Below are positions 1 to 10,593 of a stretch of 64,000 nt of DNA, piece by piece. The notes below the pieces were generated by a model that was not told where the DNA came from, did not search any database, and saw only the letters and a list, made by a program, of their open reading frames with translations. The translations under genes were made by a program, and so were the position numbers. The stretch spans positions 19,291-83,290 of the forward strand of contig DASVDJ010000159.1 in assembly GCA_036381155.1 (NCBI GenBank), written 5' to 3'. Position 1 is the stretch's first letter; the number at the start of each line of letters is the position of its first letter. This DNA comes from Vicinamibacterales bacterium. GTDB taxonomy: Bacteria; Acidobacteriota; Vicinamibacteria; Vicinamibacterales; JAENWD01.

Positions 1-946
1 GCTGGCGGCCGTCGTGTGGCTCGCGGGCGGCGGTGCGGCTGTTGCCCAGGTGCCCCCTCCGCCCGAGGGGGCGCCGACCACACCGGCTCTCACGCGCCTC
101 CTCGAGGGGCGCGGGGAGGTCAAGCGGGTCGCGACCGGCTTCGGGTTCGCGCAGGACCTGGTCTGGGACGGCGAGTCGCTCCTCGTTGCCGATCGCGGCC
201 GGGGCCAGCTGCTGCGGGTGGGCACGCCGACGAGAATCCTGCTGCCGGAGCCCGGACTTGCGGCCGTGGCGCTCGACACCGGCGGCCAGCTGATTGCCGT
301 GTCCGGCGGCGAGCGGCGGATGCTCCGCCTCGGCGAGGACCGTCGCTCCGTGCTCGTCGAGCAGGAGGATCGGGAACCCCTGGCCCAGCCGGCGGATCTC
401 GTCGTGTCGCGGGACGGCCGCATCTTCGTCGCCGATCTCGCCGGCGAGTCCGGACGGATCGTCGAGATCGGCGCCGATCGCGAGCGGCGCGTCGTCGTCG
501 ACGATCTGGTGCGCCCGACGGGCGTCGCGCTGGCGCCCGACGGACAGACGCTCTACGTCAGCGACGCGGGACGCAGCGAGCTGCGGGCCTATGCGCTGGC
601 GGAAGGGGAGGTGGGCGAAGGCCGGCGCCTCGCGTCGATCGTGCCGTGGAAGCGTGGCGTACGCGGCGCGCCCGAGAAGATGACGCTCGACGAGGACGGA
701 CGGATCTATCTCGCCGGTCCCGGCGGCATCTGGGTCCTCGACCGGCGCGGCGGGCGGCTCGGCGTGATTGCGACCCCGGAGACGCCGACGGCGTGTGCGT
801 TCGGCGACGCGGACCGGCGCACGCTCTACATCACCGCGCGGAGCAGCGTGTACAAGGTGCGGCTGAAGGTCGAGGGCGCGCCGACGGCTGGCGGCAACTC
901 GTCGGCGACTCGACAGCCCGCCTCACGTCCCCGTCCTGTGACATGA
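1..946 (+). CDS. SMP-30/gluconolactonase/LRE-like beta-propeller protein, 5' end outside window
   Basis: ORF 14..946, with the frame open back to base 2. The first residues (LAAVVWLAGGGAAVAQ) look like the tail of a signal peptide. Repeated blade-like segments: DGESLLVADRG, DGRIFVADL, DGQTLYVSD, DGRIYLAGPGG, RTLYITA. Confidence 0.7.
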   Translation, partial: LAAVVWLAGGGAAVAQVPPPPEGAPTTPALTRLLEGRGEVKRVATGFGFAQDLVWDGESLLVADRGRGQLLRVGTPTRILLPEPGLAAVALDTGGQLIAVSGGERRMLRLGEDRRSVLVEQEDREPLAQPADLVVSRDGRIFVADLAGESGRIVEIGADRERRVVVDDLVRPTGVALAPDGQTLYVSDAGRSELRAYALAEGEVGEGRRLASIVPWKRGVRGAPEKMTLDEDGRIYLAGPGGIWVLDRRGGRLGVIATPETPTACAFGDADRRTLYITARSSVYKVRLKVEGAPTAGGNSSATRQPASRPRPVT

Positions 947-978
947 CGGCCGGCTGGCCGTCTGCATTTGCGACTGTC

Positions 979-1566
979 CTACGAGTGCTCGGGGTGCGTG
1001 CAGCCCTTGAACTCGGGGAAGAACAGGTGCCGCGCCTCGCCGATCTCCTCGAGCAGCCCCGCCTCTGACGTGTAGTAGCCGGTGACGGTCAGCGGCTTCA
1101 GCGCGCGGAAGAAGTCGGCGCCGGCCCTGTCGTCGTCGGCCGGCTCGCGGCTGCTGATGGCGGTCAGCAGCGCGTTCTGCTGCGCTTCGGTTGCCTGGAC
1201 GAACGGCACGCCGTGGTCGCGCCGGCTGCGCGCGTCCACCCAGGCCAGCCCGTCGAGGAACTGCCGGCGGACCTCCGGGCTGGCGTCGGCGAGCACCGCG
1301 TCGATGAACTGGTTCACGCCGGCCTTCGCCGCGCCCGGCGTGTCGGTCTCCGGGATGATGCGCTCCGTGAGCGCGATGACGAGCTCGTTCTGTGCGGGTG
1401 TGAAAACCTTCGGCGTCCAGCCGGCAGCGGCCGCCTGGCTCTGATACCGGGCGGCGTGCTCCGCCGCCGCCCCGGCGAGCGCTTCGACCCAGAAGGGCGC
1501 GCCCACGACCGCCGCTCCGCCCACGGCGAGCCTCCGGATTGCCTCGCGCCGATCGAACGTCGTCAT
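979..1566 (-). CDS. gluconate 2-dehydrogenase subunit 3-like small subunit with Tat-type signal
   Basis: Track ORF 979..1695 trimmed to the ATG at 1566. MTTFDRREAIRRLAVGGAAVVGAP is a twin-arginine-type leader. The rest resembles the small subunit that pairs with GMC flavoprotein dehydrogenases. No GMC partner is in the window. Confidence 0.6.
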   Translation of the reverse strand: MTTFDRREAIRRLAVGGAAVVGAPFWVEALAGAAAEHAARYQSQAAAAGWTPKVFTPAQNELVIALTERIIPETDTPGAAKAGVNQFIDAVLADASPEVRRQFLDGLAWVDARSRRDHGVPFVQATEAQQNALLTAISSREPADDDRAGADFFRALKPLTVTGYYTSEAGLLEEIGEARHLFFPEFKGCTHPEHS

Positions 1567-1583
1567 GCCGCGCCCTCCGTAGC

Positions 1584-1693
1584 CTGCAGCCGGCAGCCGG
1601 CAGCCGGCAGTCGCCCCGCACGAACGGGGCATCTGGCGGTCAGCAGCGAATCGCTCCCTGACTGCCAGCTGCCAGCGGCCCGCCGCCAGCTGC
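1584..1693. repeat. heptamer-armed inverted-repeat element (GCAGCCG / CTGCCAG arms)
   Basis: Left arm ctgcagccggcagccggcagccggcag (1584-1610). Right arm ctgccagctgccagcggcccgccgccagctgc (1662-1693). The 51-nt core has hairpin GCCCCG-cacgaa-CGGGGC and palindrome AGCGA-A-TCGCT. Confidence 0.7.
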
Positions 1694-1702
1694 ACGGATC
1701 AC

Positions 1703-2665
1703 CTACGCCCAGTACGCCGTTCCCGCCGGGGCGCTGATCACCGTGTTCTTCAGCACCGCGATGGCCTTCTTCAACCCTTCGTCACCCGACATCAGCGAGT
1801 CCTCGTGCTCGATGCTGATGACGTGGTCGTAGCCGACCATCCGCAGGTTGCTGACGATGTCGCGCCAGACGGATTCGCTGTTGCCGTAGCCGACGGTGCG
1901 GAAGATCCACGAGCGGTTGATCTCGTCCGTGTACTTCTTCACGTCGAGCACCCCGTTCTTCATCGTGTTGACGGGGTCGACCTTGCAGTCCTTCGCGTGC
2001 ACGTGGAAGATGAGGTCCCCCAGCTCGCGGATGGCGGTCGGCGGATCCGCCTGCTGCCAGAACAGGTGGCTCGGGTCGAAGTTGCACCCGATCACGCCCG
2101 GCGCCACGTCGGCGAGCCGCCGCATCGTCTCCGGATTGTAGACCACGAAGTTCGGGTGCATCTCGATGGCGACGCGCACGCCGCGCGCCTTCAGGAACTT
2201 CGCCGTCTCCTTCCAGTAGGGGACCACCCGCTCCTTCCACTGCCACTCGAGCATCTTCGGGAACTCGGGCGGCCAGGCCGAGGTGATCCAGTTGGGCTGC
2301 GTCGCCTTCGGGTCGCCGCCGGGGCAGCCGGAGAAGGTGATGACCTGCCTGACGCCGAGCCGCTTCGCCAGCTCGACGGTGTCGCGGAAGACCTTGTCGT
2401 GCGCGCCGGCAATGCGCCGATCCGGATGGATCGGGTTCCCGTGGCAGGAGAGGGCGCTGATGACGAGCCCGCGGCGGTCGATCGCCTCGCGGAACGCCTT
2501 CAGCTTCTTCTTGTTCCGGAGCAGCTCGGCCGGCTTGCAGTGCGCGTCGCCGGGATAGGCGCCGGTGCCGATCTCGACCGCCTCGAGCCCGAGCTCCCTG
2601 ACGTAGTCGAGCGTCTCCTCGAACGGCTTCGTTCCGAACAGGACGGTGAACACTCCGAGTTTCAT
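1703..2665 (-). CDS. sugar phosphate isomerase/epimerase (xylose isomerase-like TIM barrel)
   Basis: 320-aa ORF. MKLGVFTVLF...ETLDYVRELGLEAVEIG and the later IEMHP / ISIEHED segments are typical of the AP endonuclease 2/TIM-barrel family. Confidence 0.8.
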   Translation of the reverse strand: MKLGVFTVLFGTKPFEETLDYVRELGLEAVEIGTGAYPGDAHCKPAELLRNKKKLKAFREAIDRRGLVISALSCHGNPIHPDRRIAGAHDKVFRDTVELAKRLGVRQVITFSGCPGGDPKATQPNWITSAWPPEFPKMLEWQWKERVVPYWKETAKFLKARGVRVAIEMHPNFVVYNPETMRRLADVAPGVIGCNFDPSHLFWQQADPPTAIRELGDLIFHVHAKDCKVDPVNTMKNGVLDVKKYTDEINRSWIFRTVGYGNSESVWRDIVSNLRMVGYDHVISIEHEDSLMSGDEGLKKAIAVLKNTVISAPAGTAYWA

Positions 2666-2681
2666 CGCACGCTCCCGGGGC

Positions 2682-3809
2682 TTAGACCTTGACCCACCGC
2701 TTCGTGGCCGCGGCCTTCTCCATCGCGGCCAGCACCTTCTGATTCTTCACGCCGTCCTCGAAGTTCGGCGTCGGCACCTTGTCGCGGGCGATGGCTTCGA
2801 GCAGGTCGTAGACCGTGTGCACGAACGTGTGCTCGTAGCCGATGATGTGGCCCGCCGGCCACCAGTTCCCGACGTACGGATGGTGATCGCCGTCGGTGAC
2901 CATCACCGTGTGGAAGCCCTGGACGGCCGGGTCGTCCTCCGTCAGATAGACCTCGAGCTCGTTCAGGCGCTCCAGGTTGAAGGCGATCGATCCCTTGCTG
3001 CCGTTGATCTCGAAGCGATTGTAGTTCTTGCGCCCGGTGGCGAAACGGCTCGCCTCGATCGTGCCGAGCGCGCCGTTCTGGAACCGTACCACCGCGGCCG
3101 AGGCGTCGTCGACGGTGACGCGCCCCTTCTTCTTCGGGTTGTCCGGCAGCGGGCGCTGCTTGACGAACGTCTCCAGGGCGGCGGTCACCTCGGTGATCTC
3201 GCCGACGAGGAAGCGCCCGAGGTCGAGCGAGTGCGACGCGATGTCGCCGAGCGCGCCGGACCCGGCCGCCTCCTTGCGGAGCCGCCAGACGAGCGGGAAG
3301 TCGGGGTCGACGATCCAGTCCTGCAGGTACGTGCCGCGATAGTGGTAGATCTTCCCGAGCTTGCCGGACTCGATCAGCTGCTTCGCCAGCATCACCGCCG
3401 GCGCGCGGCGGTAGTTGTGGCAGATCATGTGGATGACGCCGGCCTTCTTCACCGCCGCGAGCATCTGCTCCGCTTCGCGCACGGTGTTGGCCAGCGGCTT
3501 CTCGCAGAAGACGACCTTGCCGTTGCGGGCCGCTTCGATGGCGATCTCCGCGTGGCTGTCGCCCGGCGTGCTGATGTCGACGATGTCGATGTCCTTGCGG
3601 CGGACGACCTCACGCCAGTCCGTGGAGGTCTCCTCCCAGCCCAGTTGCGCGGCCGCGGCCTTGACGCTCTTCGCCGTGCGGCCGCAGAGCACTTTCATCC
3701 GGGGCGGATGCTTCGGGTTGAAGAACCGGGCCACCTGACGGTACGCGTTGCTGTGCGCCCGTCCCATGAAGGCATAGCCAATCAGCGCGACATTCAGTGG
3801 TGCTGCCAT
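2682..3809 (-). CDS. Gfo/Idh/MocA family oxidoreductase
   Basis: 375-aa ORF with an N-terminal Rossmann motif ([13 protein letters not shown]). Adjacent to the isomerase with a 16-nt gap. Confidence 0.85.
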   Translation of the reverse strand: MAAPLNVALIGYAFMGRAHSNAYRQVARFFNPKHPPRMKVLCGRTAKSVKAAAAQLGWEETSTDWREVVRRKDIDIVDISTPGDSHAEIAIEAARNGKVVFCEKPLANTVREAEQMLAAVKKAGVIHMICHNYRRAPAVMLAKQLIESGKLGKIYHYRGTYLQDWIVDPDFPLVWRLRKEAAGSGALGDIASHSLDLGRFLVGEITEVTAALETFVKQRPLPDNPKKKGRVTVDDASAAVVRFQNGALGTIEASRFATGRKNYNRFEINGSKGSIAFNLERLNELEVYLTEDDPAVQGFHTVMVTDGDHHPYVGNWWPAGHIIGYEHTFVHTVYDLLEAIARDKVPTPNFEDGVKNQKVLAAMEKAAATKRWVKV

Positions 3810-3986
3810 AGGCCTCGCTCACCGACCGGTCGGTCGGGTCCAGGGAAAAGGAGAGCGGCTTCCGCCGCCGATGACGCGAACGGATGGACGGGTCCGCGGA
3901 TGCGGCCCGCACGCGGGCAGGGCAGGGCGCCGCGGGCGCCCCGCCAGAGGTGTGGTCAGGATGACGCGTGGTCCGTGCCGGATCTG

Positions 3987-4367
3987 CTACTTGCCGGACT
4001 TGCGGGCCCCGTTGGCGCCGGGCTTCGCCTCGTCGCCCTCCGGCTTCAGCTTCTTGTCGAACTTCCGGACGTACTTGGCCAGCTCGAGGATCTCCGCCTC
4101 CGACAGCCGGCCCTTGAACGGCATCATCGCCGTCCCGGGCACGCCGTTCGTGATGACCGCCGCGAGCTCCTTCGCGGTGGTGCCGTGCTTCCACTCGCCG
4201 TCGGCGAAGTTCATCTGCTTGATGGCCGCATTGCCGTCGGGCATGTGGCACATCGCGCAGTTCGTCTTGTACAGCTCCTCGGCGGGCCTGGGCTTCCCGG
4301 CCGATTGCGCGGCCGCGGGGCCGGCCAGGAGGAAGCACCCCAGAGCAAACGGAACGGTCAGTCGCAC
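3987..4367 (-). CDS. secreted c-type cytochrome
   Basis: CAMCH haem-binding motif. Trimmed to the in-frame GTG at 4367, giving the signal peptide VRLTVPFALGCFLLAGPAAAQ, with GAGGA about 9 nt upstream. Confidence 0.7.
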   Translation of the reverse strand: MRLTVPFALGCFLLAGPAAAQSAGKPRPAEELYKTNCAMCHMPDGNAAIKQMNFADGEWKHGTTAKELAAVITNGVPGTAMMPFKGRLSEAEILELAKYVRKFDKKLKPEGDEAKPGANGARKSGK

Positions 4368-4579
4368 GATACCAGCGTCCTCAGCATGATGGGCGCCGCC
4401 GCGCCCGGATGGCACTAAGACGAGAAGACTGAATGAGTTCCGACAAACAGCCTTGAAGCGAGCGTAGCTGTCGCCTTCGGCGCTTGTCAAGCCAGTGGCC
4501 GCCGGCCCGCGTGCGGCGGTCACACCGCGCTGTTCCGCGTGAGGCCGGTTGCCACTAAGATGAGCCCGCCGGAGGATCG

Positions 4580-6403
<1,824 letters not shown>

Positions 6404-6411
6404 GAGCGGCC

Positions 6412-6672
6412 ATGGACATCCGCGTGCCCGTGAGCCTGCTGTTCGCCGTGCTCGGCGCGCTGCTGGCGGGCTTCGGCCTGACGACGGCGTCGAGCCCGAT
6501 GTACGAGCGGCACTCGCTCGGGATCAATCTGAACCTGTGGTCCGGTCTCGGGATGCTGGCCTTCGCCGGCGTCCTGTTCTGGCTGGCGCGGCGCGGCGCG
6601 CGCGTGCAGGCGGCCGGATCGGATCGCGAACAGACCTCGCGGCCGTCACGCCGCGAGGCGGGAGTGGGGTAG
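6412..6672 (+). CDS. small two-TM membrane protein following the symporter
   Basis: ATG at 6412 sits 9 nt after the symporter stop with GGAG upstream. Two hydrophobic helices (VSLLFAVLGALLAGFGL, GLGMLAFAGVLFWLA). Confidence 0.5.
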   Translation: MDIRVPVSLLFAVLGALLAGFGLTTASSPMYERHSLGINLNLWSGLGMLAFAGVLFWLARRGARVQAAGSDREQTSRPSRREAGVG

Positions 6673-6675
6673 CCG

Positions 6676-7677
6676 ATGCGCGAGGTGAGCCGCCGTCTGC
6701 GCGCGGGAGGCCGCCGCTGCGGCCTGCTGGCGTGTTTCCTGGTCCTGGTGCTGTCCGCGGCGATGCCGGCGGCGGCACAGCCGAGGATGAAGGTGCTGCT
6801 CGACACCGACATCGGCACCGACATCGACGATGCGTGGGCGCTCGGGCTGCTGATCGCGTCGCCGGAGGTGGAGCTGGTCGGCGTGACGATCACCGACGGC
6901 GATACCGCCGCGCGCGCGAAGGTCGCGTGCAAGCTGCTGCACGTGACGGGGAAGGGGGACGTGCCGGTTGCGGTCGGGCGCCGGACGCCGCCGCCGCACG
7001 ACGTCGACTACCAGTTCACGTGGGCCGAGGACTTCACGGCCAAGCAGCCCGTCGCGCAGCCGGCCGCGCAGTTCATCGTCGAGACGCTGCGGAAGTCACC
7101 GGGCGAGATCACGCTGGTCGCCGTCGGCCCGCTGCAGAACCTGGCCGACGCGCTGCGGCTGGAGCCGGAGCTGGGGCGCCTGGCGAAGCGGATCGTGCTC
7201 ATGAGCGGCTCGATCGGCCCGAACGCCTGGTCGCCGACGCCGGTCGCGGAGTGGAACGTCGTCCGGTCGACCGAGGACGCGCAGCTCGTCTACGGCGCGG
7301 GGCTGCCGTTGACGATCGTGCCGCTCGATTCGACGACCTACGTGACGCTGCGGCAGGACGAACGCGAGCGGCTGCGCACGCATCCGGCGCCGCTGACGCG
7401 GGCGCTCGAGGCGCTGTACCGGTTGTGGATCGAGCGGCCGGAGCAGCGCATGACGCTGCACGATCAGCTGGCCATCGCGGAGCTGCTGCGGCCGGGGGCC
7501 TTCTTCGCGCGGTGTCCGACGCTGGCCATCGCGGTGGACGACAAGGGCGTCATGCGCGTGGACGCGCCGGGCGCGAAGCCGGTGTCCGTGTGCCTCGAGC
7601 CGAAGCGCGACGCGTTCATGCAGTTCTACGTGAGCGGGCTGCTGCAGGAGGAGGCGTCGGCCGCCGGGGTGCGGTGA
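6676..7677 (+). CDS. secreted nucleoside hydrolase (IU-preferring family)
   Basis: DTDIGTDIDDAWAL matches the DxDxxxDD signature. Signal peptide present. Confidence 0.8.
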   Translation: MREVSRRLRAGGRRCGLLACFLVLVLSAAMPAAAQPRMKVLLDTDIGTDIDDAWALGLLIASPEVELVGVTITDGDTAARAKVACKLLHVTGKGDVPVAVGRRTPPPHDVDYQFTWAEDFTAKQPVAQPAAQFIVETLRKSPGEITLVAVGPLQNLADALRLEPELGRLAKRIVLMSGSIGPNAWSPTPVAEWNVVRSTEDAQLVYGAGLPLTIVPLDSTTYVTLRQDERERLRTHPAPLTRALEALYRLWIERPEQRMTLHDQLAIAELLRPGAFFARCPTLAIAVDDKGVMRVDAPGAKPVSVCLEPKRDAFMQFYVSGLLQEEASAAGVR

Positions 7678-7903
7678 GACACCCCGTCCCTCCCCACCCA
7701 ATACGCGGCCGGCTGATTGATTTCAGCAGGGCCTGAGGAGGGCCGGGGATGCCCCGGCCCTGAGCAAGCGCCATTCCCGCCATTCGGGCCGGAATCGCCC
7801 GATTTTTCCGCGAAGAATCTTCCGCGAGCCAGACGATCGTCGGGAGAGGAACAGACGGCAACGCGAGGAGAGAGTCCTCGGGGTTCCGGTCACATCCGGA
7901 ATA

Positions 7904-7999
7904 GCCGACCTGAAGGTCGGCCCTCCTGATTCGCAGGTCGGACTGCCCGGCCAATGTCGCGCGCCCCCAGCCCCTTTCATGGCCGAACTGAAGTTCGGC
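7904..7999. repeat. two REP-like GC hairpins (GCCGAMCTGAAGKTCGGC)
   Basis: gccgacctgaaggtcggc at 7904-7921 and gccgaactgaagttcggc at 7982-7999. Same family as 9004, 20817, 38936, 50065 and 50095. Confidence 0.75.
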
Positions 8000-8056
8000 T
8001 CTACGACGTCTGGCCCCTGGTCCCTGGCCCTGACCCCTACAAGAATCACTTTCCTC

Positions 8057-8085
8057 TTGCAGCGAATAAAAAGCGAAACTAGAAT
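8057..8085 (+). promoter_or_regulatory. sigma70-like promoter of imuA with CGAA-N7-CGAA direct repeat in the spacer (candidate SOS operator)
   Basis: TTGCAG (8057-8062), 17-nt spacer, TAGAAT (8080-8085). The spacer contains GCGAATAAAAAGCGAAA (8062-8078), nearly identical to 17370-17386 upstream of dnaE2. Confidence 0.5.
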
Positions 8086-8106
8086 GGCTGCCGGAGGAAC
8101 GTCCTC

Positions 8107-9003
8107 ATGGCGTCAGCTGCTGCACGTGCCGCTCTCGAGTCGCTGCTCCGGACCCGCAAGCTCGACACGACGCTCGTCGGGCAGGACCTGCCCGCTATCC
8201 GGCTGTCGCCGGATCGGGTGCTGTCCACCGGCGCGCCGGCGCTCGATTCGGCGCTGGGCGGCGGGCTGCCGCGCGGGCAGGTCTCCGAGATTGCCGGGCC
8301 GGCCAGCTCGGGACGCACCGCGCTGGCGCGCGCGCTGCTCGCGTCGGCGACCGGGGGCGGTGAGCTGGCTGCGATCGTGGACGTCTTCGATCGGTTCGAT
8401 CCGGCGGGTGCGGCCGGGGCCGGCGTCTGTCTCGACCGGCTGCTCTGGGTGCGTGGCGAGAGTGTGTGGCAGGACACGCCGCTCGCGCTCGATCCGGCCT
8501 GGGAGCCGTCCCGTCCCGGTCCCCGGGCCGCGCGCTCGCGCATGGGCCAGGCCGTCAACCGCGCGATCAAGGCGCTCTCGCTGGTGCTCTCCGCCGGCGG
8601 ATTCGGGCTCGTCGTCTTCGATGCGGCCGACGTGCCGGTGCGCGTGCTGCGGCAGCTGCCATTCACGACCTGGCTGCGGCTGCAGCGGGCGATCGAGGGG
8701 AGCGACACGGCCTGCGTGCTGCTGGTTCGCGAGCCGATCGGACGCAGCCCCGGCGGCGCGTCGGTGCGGCTCGGATCCCGCACGCCGGCGATCCGTGCCG
8801 TCGAGCAGCCGGCCGATTTCCACGTGCGCGTCCAGGCCAGCCGGCATCCGTTCGTTCCCGGACGCCCGCGCGTGAAGCCGGGCAGGGCAGGGGCCGCCCA
8901 GTGGACCGGGTCTCCGCAGGCCCGCCGGTTCCGCGGGCTGGCGCCCCTGGCGTCGGTGCAGTGCGGCATCCGGACGACGAGCTGCGAGCTGGAGTTTTCG
9001 TAG
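8107..9003 (+). CDS. imuA: ImuA-type RecA-like SOS mutagenesis protein
   Basis: GAPALDSALGGGLPRGQVSEIAGPASSGRTALA is a degenerate RecA/RadA-type P-loop. imuB follows immediately. GGAGGA lies upstream. Confidence 0.75.
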   Translation: MASAAARAALESLLRTRKLDTTLVGQDLPAIRLSPDRVLSTGAPALDSALGGGLPRGQVSEIAGPASSGRTALARALLASATGGGELAAIVDVFDRFDPAGAAGAGVCLDRLLWVRGESVWQDTPLALDPAWEPSRPGPRAARSRMGQAVNRAIKALSLVLSAGGFGLVVFDAADVPVRVLRQLPFTTWLRLQRAIEGSDTACVLLVREPIGRSPGGASVRLGSRTPAIRAVEQPADFHVRVQASRHPFVPGRPRVKPGRAGAAQWTGSPQARRFRGLAPLASVQCGIRTTSCELEFS

Positions 9004-9023
9004 GGCCGGGCTTCCGTCCGGCC
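9004..9023. terminator. REP-like hairpin directly after the imuA stop
   Basis: GGCCGG-gcttccgt-CCGGCC, starting 1 nt after the stop codon. Confidence 0.45.
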
Positions 9024-9025
9024 TT

Positions 9026-9077
9026 GCTGCCAGCTGCCCGCTGCCAGCCGCCAGCCGCCCGCTGCCAGCTGCCAGCT
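9026..9077. repeat. imperfect CTGCCAG heptamer tract
   Basis: gctgccagctgcccgctgccagccgccagccgcccgctgccagctgccagct. Related to the right arm of the 1584-1693 element. Confidence 0.7.
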
Positions 9078-9090
9078 ACATGGATCTCTT

Positions 9091-10554
9091 ATGTTCGCCT
9101 GCATCTGGATGACCGGATGGCGCGACGAGGTCGCGGCGCCGCAGCACGCGCTGCTGGAGGTCGCGCAGCGGTTCTCGCCGCGCGCCGCCTGGATCGGCCG
9201 CGACACGCTGGTGCTGGACGTGGCCGGACTGCGCCGGCTGTTCGGCGAGCCGTGCGAGCTCGGCGCCGAGCTGCGCCGCGCCCTGGCGGACGCGGGGCTC
9301 GAGACGCGCATCGCGCTGGCCGGCACGCGGACGGCCGCGCGATTGCTGGTCCGTGCACGCGCCGGCCTGACGATCACGGAAGCCGGCGACGAAGCGGCCG
9401 CGCTCGCGGCGCTGCCGATCACGCTGCTGCAGCACGTGCTCGTGCCGCCGCAGGAGGCAGGACAGCTGCCGCTCGACGGAACGGCCGCCGCGCCGTCGCC
9501 GCCGTCGCGCTTCTACCGGTCGTCGCCGGTGCAGGAGATCGTGCGCCCACGCCGGCGGAGCTCGGGGGCACGAAGCGCGGCGGAGCGGGCCGCAGCCGAA
9601 TGGCTGGCGACGTTCCGCCGGTGGGGGCTGCGCACGCTCGGCGATCTCGCGGCGCTGCCGCCCGCCGAGCTGGCGGCGCGCTTCGGCGACGCCGGGCCGG
9701 CCCTGCAGCGCCTGGCCCGCGGCGAGGATCCGGAGCCGCTCGTGCCCATGGCCGGCGACGAGCGGTTCGAGGAGACGCTGCCGCTCGACTGGCCCATCGA
9801 AGGGCTCGAGCCGCTCTCGTTCGTGCTCGCCCGGCTGTTCGATCCGCTCTGCGCGCAGCTCGATCGGCGCGGGCGTGCGGCCGCGGTGCTGCACGTCGAG
9901 CTCCAGCTGGTCACCCGCGAGTGCTGGGCGCGGCGGCTCGAACTGCCGGCCCCGGTGAACGACCCGCGCACGCTGCGGACGCTCGCGCTCCTCGATCTCG
10001 AGTCGTCGCCGCCGCCGGCGGCAATCGACGCGGTGACGGTGCGCGTCGACCCGACGCCGGCGCGCACGCTGCAGTTCTCGCTGCTCGAGCGCGCGCGTCC
10101 GGCGCCCGAGCAGGTCGCCACGCTCACCGCGCGTCTGATCGCGCTCATGGGCGAGCGACGCGTCGGCCGTCCGGTGCTCCTCGACACGCATCGTCCGGAC
10201 GCCTGGCGGCTCGAGCCGTTCACCGGCGAAGACGGGCATCCGGCCGCGCCGGCTTCGGAGCCGTCATCCGGCCGTCCGTCCGGCGCCGCGCTGCGCCGGC
10301 TCCGGCCGCCGGTCCCCGCGCGCGTCGTCGTCGACGCCGGGCGTCCGGCGGCCGTTCAGGTGAGCGGCAGCGATCCGATCGGCGGCGCGGTGGAGCAGGC
10401 CGCGGGCCCCTGGCGTGCATCCGGCGACTGGTGGGCGCCGGGCGAGGCCTGGGATCGCGACGAGTGGGACGTCGCGCTGGACGGCGGGACGGTCTGCCGG
10501 CTGGTACGCGATCGCCGGCAGGATCGCTGGTATCTCGACGGGCTCTACGACTGA
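9091..10554 (+). CDS. imuB: ImuB, Y-family DNA polymerase-like mutasome subunit
   Basis: 487 aa. The MFACIWMTGW start and the position after imuA are typical of ImuB. Confidence 0.75.
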   Translation: MFACIWMTGWRDEVAAPQHALLEVAQRFSPRAAWIGRDTLVLDVAGLRRLFGEPCELGAELRRALADAGLETRIALAGTRTAARLLVRARAGLTITEAGDEAAALAALPITLLQHVLVPPQEAGQLPLDGTAAAPSPPSRFYRSSPVQEIVRPRRRSSGARSAAERAAAEWLATFRRWGLRTLGDLAALPPAELAARFGDAGPALQRLARGEDPEPLVPMAGDERFEETLPLDWPIEGLEPLSFVLARLFDPLCAQLDRRGRAAAVLHVELQLVTRECWARRLELPAPVNDPRTLRTLALLDLESSPPPAAIDAVTVRVDPTPARTLQFSLLERARPAPEQVATLTARLIALMGERRVGRPVLLDTHRPDAWRLEPFTGEDGHPAAPASEPSSGRPSGAALRRLRPPVPARVVVDAGRPAAVQVSGSDPIGGAVEQAAGPWRASGDWWAPGEAWDRDEWDVALDGGTVCRLVRDRRQDRWYLDGLYD

Positions 10555-10593
10555 CATTGACGAACCGCGGGCGCGCTGTCAGGATCTCGCCCC

